Shown here: positions 53,096 to 64,000 of the stretch, piece after piece
Numbering within the stretch: the stretch's first letter is position 1
How the letters are laid out: each line of letters opens with the position of its first letter
Assembly: GCF_001194135.2 (NCBI RefSeq)
Contig: NC_068986.1
Span: 42,710,068-42,774,067, forward strand
Direction: 5' to 3'
Length of the DNA stretch: 64,000 nt
Source of the DNA: Octopus bimaculoides
Taxonomy: Eukaryota
Translations under genes and position numbers: made by a program
The notes under the pieces: model-generated
Told to the model about the DNA's origin: nothing
What the model saw: the letters and a program-made list of their open reading frames with translations, nothing else
Databases searched by the model: none

Positions 53096-53545
53096 AAGAT
53101 GATGATGATGATGATAATAGTAATAATAATAGAACAGGTTGAATTGCTTCTTTTCAAGGCAGCGCTCTGAGTGAACACTGGTAGTAGTAAACACATTTGA
53201 CCTCTGCTGATTCAAAGAGTGCGAAGATTGTTTTGTCTCTATAACTGACCTCCCTACCATCTGCTGAATCCATTTATAGACCTGTAGAATATGATCTATT
53301 CACCAAACTGCTACCCAACTATCTTCCAACAATGGTAGTGGGGGTAATGGTGATAATGATAAAAATAAAAAAATAATAATATGCTGCAGCTGCTAATACT
53401 AAATACTACAATAATAATAATACTACTATTATGATAGCACAGGAACATGAGGCCCAACTACCACCCTTACCACTACCCCCACCCCTACTACTGTTGCTGC
53501 AACCACTGCTACTACTACACATAAAAACCAGTGATATCAGTGATG

Positions 53546-53580
<35 letters not shown>

Positions 53581-53582
<2 letters not shown>

Positions 53583-55742
53583 AAGCCCTCATGGCCTGAT
53601 TAATGATACATCTAGTGATGGTGTCAATAAAAACACTGGTAATTGTGCAACCTGACAATCGCTACCTCATATGAGTGACAATGAAAAAACAAAATATCGT
53701 GAATAACGGTGGTAATGAAACTGAAACCAATGATGGTGACAGTGTTATATCCGGTAGGCTCAGTGATTCTGGACCGGCTCCAGCCTGTCGATATCCAGAA
53801 AGGGACCACCACACACAGCGTAGAGGGAGCAAGCAAATTAATGCTGTAGTCATGGAGTGTTACTACCTGAGCAACCCGCTAAATGAAAATGGTGCTCAAA
53901 TTAGGGGTTACCGACAACGTATGTATGATCATTGGAGAGAAAAGGGATTGTTTCAACTCACAGAACTGAGACTATGTGATCACGCTAGAGCAATAAGAAA
54001 AAATTGTTGATTCACAGAAGTAGAGCTCGAAGCTATCCAAAGACGGATCTTGGAAAATAGCAGCAGAGATAACAATGAAAATACAGTTCTTACTAATAAG
54101 AGTAATCTCATAGCACAGGAAAGGAGCAGTCGTAGTTTACTTGATGAGAAACATATAGTTGATCTAAAAGAAGATAATAAAACTAATGGTGACATGACAG
54201 ATGAACAAAAGGTAATCTACGATAAAATAAAGTTAAGACTACAGGAGAGCGATAGCGACATTATTTGCAACCTTAAAAAGGTTGATCGATGGAAATTGAA
54301 CCAAGAAACGAAAAATGTCAATGAAATTCTGAAATACATCAGAACAAACATCATCACAGAAACAAATAATTTGATCAAAGCAGCAAGTATTGTTATAGCA
54401 GAAAACGTGGGTGTTGATGTCAAGAAAAAGAAACATAATGGGAGTGACAAAAGAAAAGATCCATGGTGGAAAAGAATAATCCAGGCAGAGTTAGATATGC
54501 TCTCGAAGGAAATCTCTGTATTAGACCGAAAAGAGAAAGGAGAGCTTAAAAGCGAACAAAAATACAGGGCGCTGAAAAGGAAGTATAATATTGAAAGAAA
54601 GGGTCTGAAAGTAGTAATGGAGGAACTGAAACAGCGCCTCGTTGCAAAGAAAGCAAAGATGGTGAGATACGACCAAAGAATGAAGGGTTACCACCAGAAT
54701 ATGTTATTCAGAGTAGATCAGAAAAGATTCTATAAAGAAATGGAGAGTGTACAGATGAAAAGTTGATACCAGATAACATTGAAAGTCAAAGGTTTTGGAG
54801 TGACTTCTGGAGCAAAGACAAGGAGCACAAGAAGGACGCTGAATGGTTGCAAGAACTGAAACAAACAGTGATCTGTCCAAAACAGGCAGAACTAGTCATT
54901 TCAGTTAGGGAAGTGAAGGAAATCAGCAAAATAAAAAAAATAGAAAATGAGCAACTGGAAGGCCTCGGGACTAGATGGAGTTCAAAGCTACTGGATCAAA
55001 AGATTTGGTGAATGTCATGCACGAATAGCCGCGCAACTCAGCACCTTGTTAAGTGCCGACCAAGTAACACCAGAGTGGTAGACATTAGGTAGGACAGTAC
55101 TGTGCCTGAAAAACAACGAAAAAGGCAATGGTAGACAATTACAGGCCGGTATCCTGTTTGCCACTTTTGTGGAAGTTATTGACTGGAATACTTGTTCGAA
55201 CATCTGGAAAAAAATGGAGTCCAGCCACATGAGCAGAAGGGTTGCAAGCGTAAGTGCAGCGGTACCAAGGATCAACACTTGATAGGCAAAACTGTACTTA
55301 GAGTCTGCAAGAGGAGGAAAAGTAACTTAGCCATGTCATGGATCGACTATCGTAAGGTGTACGATATGATCCCACCTTCTTGGATTATGGAGTGTATGAA
55401 CCTATTTGGTATTGCATCGAATGTTGAGCGATTGCTTGGAAAAAGTATAACGAATTGGAGGACGGACTTGACAGCATATGGAAGAAGTTTAGGGACAGTA
55501 GAAATTAGGAGGAGAATCTTCCAAGGGGACTGCCTGTCCCCACTGATCTTTGTACTGTGCTTGATACCACTAACACTGATTCTGAGGAAAGCAAAAGCTG
55601 GATATGTATTTAAAAGCCGCCAACAAAAAGTCAACCATTTGTTATTCATGGACGACCTCAAACTTCATGGTAAAGATGAAGCCCAAATCAGCTCCCTCGT
55701 TGATACGGTTTATACTTTTAGTGCTGATATCAGAATGGAGTT
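53581..55742 (+). mobile_element. R4/Dong-clade non-LTR retrotransposon: 5' part, pseudogenised and 3'-truncated
   Basis: [83 protein letters not shown]. Starts right after (AAT)n; breaks off at DIRME. Contains stops and frameshifts. Confidence 0.9.
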
Positions 55743-56373
55743 GTGCGTGATTTGACGTTACTATCATCCGACTACTTTACTATATAACCGACTACTGTAT
55801 CTATACTCTGCACACAGTCCCCAGTGATACGAATTGTGACAAACAAAATCTGTAAGAAGTCCCTTTTTCCTTCTGTCAATTCATCTTGGTACATATCCCA
55901 CTGTCCCACAAAGTTTTCATTAACCCGCCACTAATATTAATCACTACTGTATCCTTTACATCTATCAGTAACATATAACTGTTACACACATACGCACGCA
56001 CACGCACACACACATACATACAAGCACACACACACACAGGGACACAATACATGTATGTGAGACGGTGTATAATACATGTGTATGTTTGTATTCGTCTCCG
56101 CCCTGCTTGACAACCAATCTTCGTTTCTTTAGGTTACCATAAGCCAGCGGTTCGGTAAAGGAGTCCCATAAAATAAATACTAGACATAACAAAAAATAAA
56201 GTAATGTAGGCGATATATTCGGTTAAATCCTTCAAGGCAGTACCCTAGTATGGTTGCAATTGAATGATGCAGAATATGAGAGTGAAAAATGTCATCATCT
56301 GTAGTAGAGTTTTTGCCATTGAAATACAAAACTAATTCATTTCTGTTCTTTATTTAAGAGATGAGAAAATATG

Positions 56374-56563
56374 TACATTATTTATATTTGACGGATATTT
56401 GTCCTCATCTTGTTCGTTGTTAACACAACGTCTCGGCTGATATACCCTCCAGGTTCGAAATTTCCCCAAGACACCTGATGAAGGCTGGAGGGCATATCAG
56501 CCGAAACGTTGTGTTAACAACAAACAAGATGAGGACAAATATCCGTCAAATGTAAATAATGTA
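56374..56563. repeat. Fold-back with 79-bp arms (75/79 identical) and a 32-nt loop, Penelope pLTR-derived
   Basis: 56374-56452 is the reverse complement of 56485-56563 with four transitions. Confidence 0.95.
56470..56515 (+). ncRNA. Minimal type-I hammerhead ribozyme (Penelope type)
   Basis: gacac-CTGATGA-a-ggctg(gagggcatat)cagcc-GAAAC-GTT|gtgtt. Intact core, 5-bp helices I and II, ACGT palindrome in place of helix III. Confidence 0.75.
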
Positions 56564-56959
56564 ATTCATTGCTGTACAGAAGGAAGAATGTGAGAAACAT
56601 TAACGAACCTTGAATACACAAGAGTTCTCAGAATATAGTGCTAAGAGTACTTATCAGTGCAAATTCGGGTTCTTTCAGATGGGGTAACCCTAAAAGAATT
56701 TTATACCCAAAAAACTATACTTGGGAAAAATAACTGAAAGTATCTAATGCCAGAAATGGTCAAAGCCTTTGTATATTTAAAGGACTGTGATATTGCTTCT
56801 ACCAAAGTTCTCATTTCATATCTCATTGTGGCTTTGGTTAAAAGGGTTTTAATATATTGGTGTGATGTAAAGACTGTATCCTATCTCAAAATGAAGCTAA
56901 TCCAACGTTGTTTAAATAACATGTAGTGTGATGGAGGAAAAAGACATGAAGCAAAAGGG

Positions 56960-58400
56960 GAGAAAGAAATACAGCGACCTTACCTTGTCGACCGTGACGG
57001 GATAAACGATCGCTACAGATCAAACCACGTCTTCTACGTACACTGTCTCTGATCGAACTGCCCACACGTGCTCGCTGTCCACGCATGGCCGACTTCCGCC
57101 AGCCCTTCCGTTCGCTTCCTCTGCGATCCCTGTCCACCAGCACCACATAGCTCATCACAGCCCATAACACCACATAACATTTATTTTTACAGAAGTATAT
57201 CACAGTTTTTGCATAATTACAGAGTGGCTTGCCAGTAGTGAGTGCATTGTGTATTGTGATGAGCTAGAAGTAAATGTATTTCATAGTTACGTTAATTACA
57301 GAAAAGATCAGCTTCGCGTGAGAATGTGAAAAAATATTCTGTTTATCATAGTCAACGATTTCTTTTACTTGAGGTTGAGCTGCAACCAAGGAAAGAGCTG
57401 TTTAAAGAGCTTGTTGTTTGTGCATATTATGTGTGCCTCTGTTGTGTTAATGACAAAGAATTTCCTGGCTACTTATTTGTGTGGTAAAAAGCGAGGATAT
57501 GGTACGTGCTTGGAGAAGTACATTAGAGGCGAAGTAATACTTTTAAATACAGATCTCTGCCCGACCTGTCAAATATCTCCTGAGATTCAGCTTGGTAAAC
57601 TACATTAATGTACCAAATTTTTTAATTTTCAATAAACTTTGAATTTTCGAAAATTGACAGTCAAACTGAAAAGATCCGAAGAATTACTTCGTCTATCTTG
57701 CCTGGAATCTTTTCTAACCTGCACTGATTCTAGCGCGTTTTATAACCTCTGTTCACGCAGGACCATGATAGAAACTTATAGTATAAGAGGTGATATTTCT
57801 GCAAGCTGATTAGTTAATATTCAGCGCACGTCACCTGATCTAAGTGAAGTTTAATCCTACTTACTAAAGCAGTAAGGTTTCGACTCTAGGCTTCGCTACA
57901 TCATATAACAGTAATAGCTGATCTAATTTTACAAACACCGTAATAGTTATTGAAAATTAAGAGATAAAATAGATTTTATCTCTATTGAGATGCTTAGCAG
58001 TGACGGTGGTTGTACAATAGCGAATTGGATCCACATATGAGTTTATTAACTATTTCGCTTTATTAACTAATTTTGGGAAAAGTCTGAACATCTCACCTAC
58101 TCTCCCAATTTCCCCTCCTCTTGCATTTATGCCTCTCAGTTGGCTGCAACGACAATCTCTTCCAGTGAATCATTTCTGTGACATTATATCAGAAGCAGGA
58201 CGCTACGCCAGGAAATAGATAAGGTTTTAAAATATGATACATAGCTTACTTATAATTATCATTTTCTTATCTTTGTGATCGCTAACTAGCAGAAACTTTT
58301 ATTTGACCTTTTCGTATAGAGACCTAATTACGTGAACAATGGCTAACAGCGGTGAAGTAGAATTTTAGTTATTATAGATTGAATATATTCATATTTTAAA
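56960..58400. promoter_or_regulatory. CpG-retaining, non-repetitive-looking region; candidate promoter or first exon
   Basis: Dense CpGs at 56970-57130. Minus-strand donor AAG|GTAAGG at 56984/56983. CACGTG near 57064. No transcript evidence. Confidence 0.3.
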
Positions 58401-58484
58401 TAAGTACATAGCTTTCGTATGAATTTAAATTCCTTCAAGAGTTATAAAATGCATGCACACAGATACGCACGCACGCACACGCAC

Positions 58485-58530
<46 letters not shown>

Positions 58531-58569
58531 NNNNNNNNNNNNNNNNNNNNNNNNNNNNNNNNTATATAC

Positions 58570-60030
58570 GTATAGATGTAAGCATGTACATATACGTATG
58601 TATATATGAATATATATATTATTTATATTATTATATGACTGAACGCCACGCATTCTCCTCCAAGTAAGTTTTATCTTAATAATTCTAATACGCACTCTAT
58701 ATGTTCTTTTTACTCTTTCGTTTTTCTGTCTTTCTCTCTCTTATTCTTTTACCTCCTCTTCTCCCACTAATCTATCATATTACACTGTCATTCTCTCTCT
58801 CTCTCTCTCTCTCACTTCTCCTCCCTTTCTCACGTGGCTCTCAGGTGACCATCGGACATCTTTCTTTTTCTCCTCCTAACTTGTGTTTCTTTCTTGCTCC
58901 CCGTTGTAGCTGGAACAAGGAAGATGTGTTCTTTCTTTCTGCCCACTGGTCTTCCTAAAAAACAGACGTGATTTTTCTGTCTCGTCTACTTAGCGTTCAT
59001 AAATTTTTTCTGTCGTCTTGGCCCAACAGCCCTCACCGTTTGTTTTTACTGTCTTGTTTTTACTGCTTTTATTGTTTTCACTGTCTTGTTCTCACTGTCC
59101 TGTTCTTGTTAACACTTTCACCCTCCGCAAAAAAATAATTCCAAATATTATTTAATTTGCTTTGCGAGAAGGATTGTTCCAACGAAGTCGCGTATTGTCC
59201 TTGCCTTCAAACGTGGAGTAGATGGACAGGGACAACTGACGAAGGGATATACTCTTTATGTTGCATGTCTCGTTTCTCTGTTTTCGATTTCGTTTCCCAT
59301 TGTATTTAAGGTTTTTCTTCTTTTTTTTTTGATGTTCTGTACCCATATATGCATGTATGTATACATATAGGTATGTACATATATGTATGCATATATCTAT
59401 ATATTTATATCTCCCCCCCTCGTACTTCCTCTCTTCCTCTTTTCCTCTCGTTCCTCACCTATTCTTCTACTTCCTCCCTTTGTTTCTCCCTCTACCACTC
59501 TCTCCCCCCCCCTTACACCGGCATGGTCACATGCTTCCGGTCGATAATCCTTTTCTTCCTTGGCTATCGCCGAGCAAACACGCGAACTTACTTCGTCCCC
59601 TCTTTCAAGTTCGTGCCTCACAGCGTTCATATACACATATTTTTTCCCGTCTGACCGTATATCCTTTTCCGTTTGTTTTCCTGTCTTGTTTTTTTTGTCC
59701 GCCACTACATTCCTCCATGGTACAGGTTCAATTTGGGTATACAAATTTAATTTGCGGTCCATGGGAAGAGCCGTTTTAACGATGCGCCCTACCCAGCTCT
59801 TCGAAACGCCGGTGTTAAAACGGGGGTAGCTGATGAAAGAAAATGATCTCTATGTGGTTTGTGTGTTTTCTGTACTCTGATTATCATCATTTTCTTGTCT
59901 ACGTTTTGTTTGCAATGTCCTGTACCCAGATATGCACCTATACATACAGGTGGATGTAGGTATGCACATACCTGTACGTATATATGCATATACTCATTTA
60001 CTATTTGTTTTTACATGACCGAACGCCAGC
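58570..60030 (+). mobile_element. Non-coding unit of about 1.4 kb bounded by direct repeats, probably Penelope-derived
   Basis: tta(t/c)atgac(t/c)gaacgcca at 58631 and 60011, with similar upstream sequence. CT-rich interior with CTGANGA motifs at 59236 and 59831. Confidence 0.45.
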
Positions 60031-60032
60031 GT

Positions 60033-60690
60033 NNNNNNNNNNNNNNNNNNNNNNNNNNNNNNNNNNNNNNNNNNNNNNNNNNNNNNNNNNNNNNNNNNNN
60101 NNNNNNNNNNNNNNNNNNNNNNNNNNNNNNNNNNNNNNNNNNNNNNNNNNNNNNNNNNNNNNNNNNNNNNNNNNNNNNNNNNNNNNNNNNNNNNNNNNNN
60201 NNNNNNNNNNNNNNNNNNNNNNNNNNNNNNNNNNNNNNNNNNNNNNNNNNNNNNNNNNNNNNNNNNNNNNNNNNNNNNNNNNNNNNNNNNNNNNNNNNNN
60301 NNNNNNNNNNNNNNNNNNNNNNNNNNNNNNNNNNNNNNNNNNNNNNNNNNNNNNNNNNNNNNNNNNNNNNNNNNNNNNNNNNNNNNNNNNNNNNNNNNNN
60401 NNNNNNNNNNNNNNNNNNNNNNNNNNNNNNNNNNNNNNNNNNNNNNNNNNNNNNNNNNNNNNNNNNNNNNNNNNNNNNNNNNNNNNNNNNNNNNNNNNNN
60501 NNNNNNNNNNNNNNNNNNNNNNNNNNNNNNNNNNNNNNNNNNNNNNNNNNNNNNNNNNNNNNNNNNNNNNNNNNNNNNNNNNNNNNNNNNNNNNNNNNNN
60601 NNNNNNNNNNNNNNNNNNNNNNNNNNNNNNNNNNNNNNNNNNNNNNNNNNNNNNNNNNNNNNNNNNNNNNNNNNNNNNNNNNNNNNNNNN
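60033..60690. other. Assembly gap (largest of five)
   Basis: N runs at 17728-17899, 52593-52616, 58531-58562, 60033-60690 and 62942-63040. Confidence 1.
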
Positions 60691-60713
60691 TGTGTGTGTG
60701 TGTGTGTGTGTGT

Positions 60714-61070
60714 AATGTTATTGGTCCCGATCTATCTTCTGAATTGGATTCACTCTCTCATCGTCTTCGTGTTTTTTATGGACATTGTTCAGCTGATCTC
60801 TCTTCTCTAGTTCCTCCTTTAAGAACTCATCACCGATCAACTAGAGTTGCATTTAGTTCTCATCAGTATAGTGTGCAACCTCCTAAGTATCGCAAAGCAC
60901 TTTACTGTACCAGTTTCTTCCCTCGCACCTCTGAACTACTTTGGAATTCCCTTCCACAGTCTTGTTTTCGTCTTCAATATGACTTCCAATCTTTTAAGCC
61001 TAATGTACATCGTCACCTATTGACTTCTGTCTAGCGTCCATTTTATTGTAATAGCTCTTACGTTTTCAGC
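60714..61070 (+). mobile_element. CR1-like LINE 3' end
   Basis: LDSLSHR...GHCSADLSSLVPP...SFFPRTSELLWNSLPQSCF..YDFQSFKPNVHRHL*. Confidence 0.85.
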
Positions 61071-61471
61071 GATCTTTAAATGAATGCAGATATTAAGCTA
61101 GCTCACCAGGTTAAAAGAAATCCATGTTAAAACCTTCTCAACATAATGTTCCAAAAACGCAGAGCTAGCTTTAAATCTGCATTAATTTTAAGTTTGTATA
61201 TATATATATATTAATGCAGATATGTAAGTAATTTATTAATTACTATAGAATATAATGAAATAAATTATCTATATATGTTTATTAAGGTACGAAATAACTG
61301 TCGTTAAATAAGAGTTTCCAATGGTAAAATAAATTTTATCATAGTATATTTCTTTCAGCCTAAAGACTGAAACAGAAAAGAATAAATGAAAAGATGAAAG
61401 ACTATATACAAACATTTCTTTCTAATTCCTATTTGACAATCCAAAACACCACACACACACACACACACACA

Positions 61472-61518
<47 letters not shown>

Positions 61519-64000
61519 ACACGAAGTGTTTTATAGTGTCAAATAAACTCGAGCGAAATGTTCATTTATAGCATAAATTTTAATCCGTGGCCACTGTTTA
61601 TTTATTTAATTATTTATATTTTCTATATTGATTGATTAGGACTTTTATTTCACGTAACTTCTTTTTTCCTTTCTTGGAAAAAAAAAATGTTTGCATTTAC
61701 TTACGAGCTCTGTCGAAAATCACATTCTAGACTATCAGTGAACATACTTAATATACAGTATATCAAAATCTACTTAGAAATACTAATGCAGATTATTAGA
61801 GAGATTATTAGCTAAACGACTTATCCTATATTAATAGGTATGGCAAGCGTGGGAGACAACTCTAGATATGTTTCGATTGTAACAAACCTCCTCACCAAAA
61901 CATAGGCTTTGCTGTACTTGCAAAGTAGCCATACAGGAAGCACTAAACAGAATAAACTAAGACAATTAGTATATTTATGGCGCCTCAGACTAATTGACTT
62001 CAATGTTTTGTAGATTTATAGAGTAACGGGTATAGAATTAAAAGACGTATCTTTCTAGGACTGAGACAGTTAAAATTAAGGTATTTCTCTGAGGTACAGA
62101 TAATAGTTGTGATTTCTCTTGCTAACAACGCCACATATTTTAGAGGAAGAGTATTGATGACTAAATCACTCCTTCGGTATTTGGTTGATCTCGACCCCTA
62201 GAAAAGAAAAAAAAAACTTACATGTATTACTATACTGGAAGTGCCGACTGACGAGATGCTAGGATACTAAAGCAAGCAGCGCGATTTTAATTTCCGATTT
62301 TAGTCATTTCCCCCCCCCACTCTCTCTTCTGAAGAAGCATACACGTCACAACATAGATAGAGAAACGGACGACCCTGACTGTTAATATCAACAACATAGG
62401 TGTGGGCAATATTCCTCTGAAAAGAAATAGGAAAATGCTTTCTGCATACTAGATACGTTGATTTTTAGGTAAGGTTCGGCTAGAATTTTCCCAGGCCTCG
62501 ACTAACTTAACAACACTATAAGCACTCAGGCACATCGATGTACTAGGACCCATAGCATTTACTAACTGTAACCCACAGCAGACATAGATCAGAATTGGAC
62601 CTCTAGATAATTAAGACCCCCAGGAAAAACAGTACACTGGTTCCTATAGTATTTTTTGACAGCTAGTCACAGCATACATAGATGAGAATTAAGACCCTAG
62701 ACCTGTGGCATCCCTGGCCATATCAACGCTCTGTATCCTATGTATTTATTGAAAGCCAGATAAGAATTGACACCCACTAGACTTGTGAAGTCCCAGGCAA
62801 CTATCCTGTGTGCTCATGCTTTAAGACTGCATATAATACAGTATTAATAAATTTGTTTCATTTATACTGTATTTCATTGAATTTTCTTTTAATCTTTTAC
62901 TTGTTTCAGTCATTTGACTGCGGTCATGCTGGAGCACCGCCNNNNNNNNNNNNNNNNNNNNNNNNNNNNNNNNNNNNNNNNNNNNNNNNNNNNNNNNNNN
63001 NNNNNNNNNNNNNNNNNNNNNNNNNNNNNNNNNNNNNNNNNATATAAGTACATGTATACTCGTTTATTTCCCACTCGTTTATCTCCCCTGTACTTTTCTC
63101 TTTGTCTAATTTTTTTCTAATCCTCAAATCCCACTGCCCCCACCCATCTTTTCTCCTTCTACCTGACCGGTGTCCGGCCACCCATGATCTTTCTTTCTTG
63201 GCCTGACTGCCGACCGCCAACACCTCTTATGTCCATCTCCTTTTAGGCTTTAACTTCATACACGCCAGCTCAATTTGATTCTTTCTCAGTCGAAAGACAC
63301 CTGTTGTTATTTCTTGTTGTTTGTATTCGTAATTATGTACCATATACTCCGTTTTTGTTTGTTTGCTTTCTTTTGTCTTTCTTGCCGTGTACATTCGCTA
63401 GCTTTCTTACAAAGGGGTCTAATGCTCTTAGCTTAGACTTTTTGGGTGTCAACCAGATCGAACCATCTCAAGTGTAACTGCCCGAAATGATCGTAACTTC
63501 TGGAACTTGACTGAGGAAAGAAAGCCACGAATGACCGGTCCTTTTTTGGCCTGTACTTCTAATTGTTGTTTCTCTTGTCCGCCTTTGTATCATATTTTTG
63601 TCCGAATGTTTTAATGTCCTCTATTGCATTTTTGTTCCATTTATCTATACTATAAAAGGCAAATCTACTCTGTGTATGTGTATGTTTAAAATTCATACAT
63701 TTACACAATTCAAAATTTCTTCGATTAAACAATCGCAATTAATATTCTAAATACAATAAGTTAGGTCACTGCGTCATTTTTTCACTCCAAAAAATTCCTA
63801 ATAGCGAATAAAATCCTTAAAACTACACAAGTAAACATTTTCTCCCTAATAAAATCTAATTTCCTCTTTCTAATACAAATCCATTCAACTCCTACTTTCT
63901 CTTAATGAGCCTTTACGAAAAATCCAACAACAAATACAAAAATAAAGGAAGGAGAAAAAGAAAACTATTTCAGTATCAAATCACATTTCGATACTGTAAT

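Noticed and set aside
54050-54766. 238-aa Lys-rich ORF as a host gene
   Set aside because: It is a piece of the broken R4/Dong ORF.
59787-59850. GAAAC and CTGATGA boxes with ctaccc/gggtag pairing
   Set aside because: No valid NUH triplet next to the helix and no helix II; cannot be folded as a hammerhead on its own.
59859-61034. The longest ORF in the track (391 aa)
   Set aside because: Mostly an N gap; the readable end is a CR1-like LINE tail.
63455-63540. ATC-tcaagt...acttga-CTGAGGA and GAAATGATCGTA
   Set aside because: Helix I is plausible, but helix II and a correctly placed GAAA are missing.
1-64000. CRISPR array or prokaryotic defence system
   Set aside because: No regularly spaced repeat-spacer array or operon-like genes; the DNA is eukaryotic intron and intergenic sequence.

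Overview
AT-rich, repeat-dense eukaryotic DNA with five assembly gaps. The SINE families and (TA)n/(CA)n load look like an Octopus genome; this is my recognition, not a search result. The only host gene I can support is the 3' end of TRAF3IP1 (IFT54/MIP-T3) on the + strand. It has three exons (13212-13294, 33056-33279, 46844-47000) with canonical, phase-compatible splice sites and introns of 19.8 and 13.6 kb; upstream exons were not found. The rest is transposon debris: Penelope-like elements, RTE, CR1-like, L1/Tx1-like and R4/Dong LINE pieces, a DD37D (maT) mariner derivative, piggyBac-like MITEs, a Helentron-associated element, and at least four SINE families. The most interesting signal is a scattered set of minimal type-I hammerhead ribozyme motifs in unrelated small repeats, several next to microsatellites. 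One has a compensatory G3:C8 core swap (41642-41690, - strand). One is intact and locked inside a 79-bp fold-back (56374-56563). All folds were done by eye and no activity is shown. Repeat boundaries are approximate unless TIRs or TSDs are cited.
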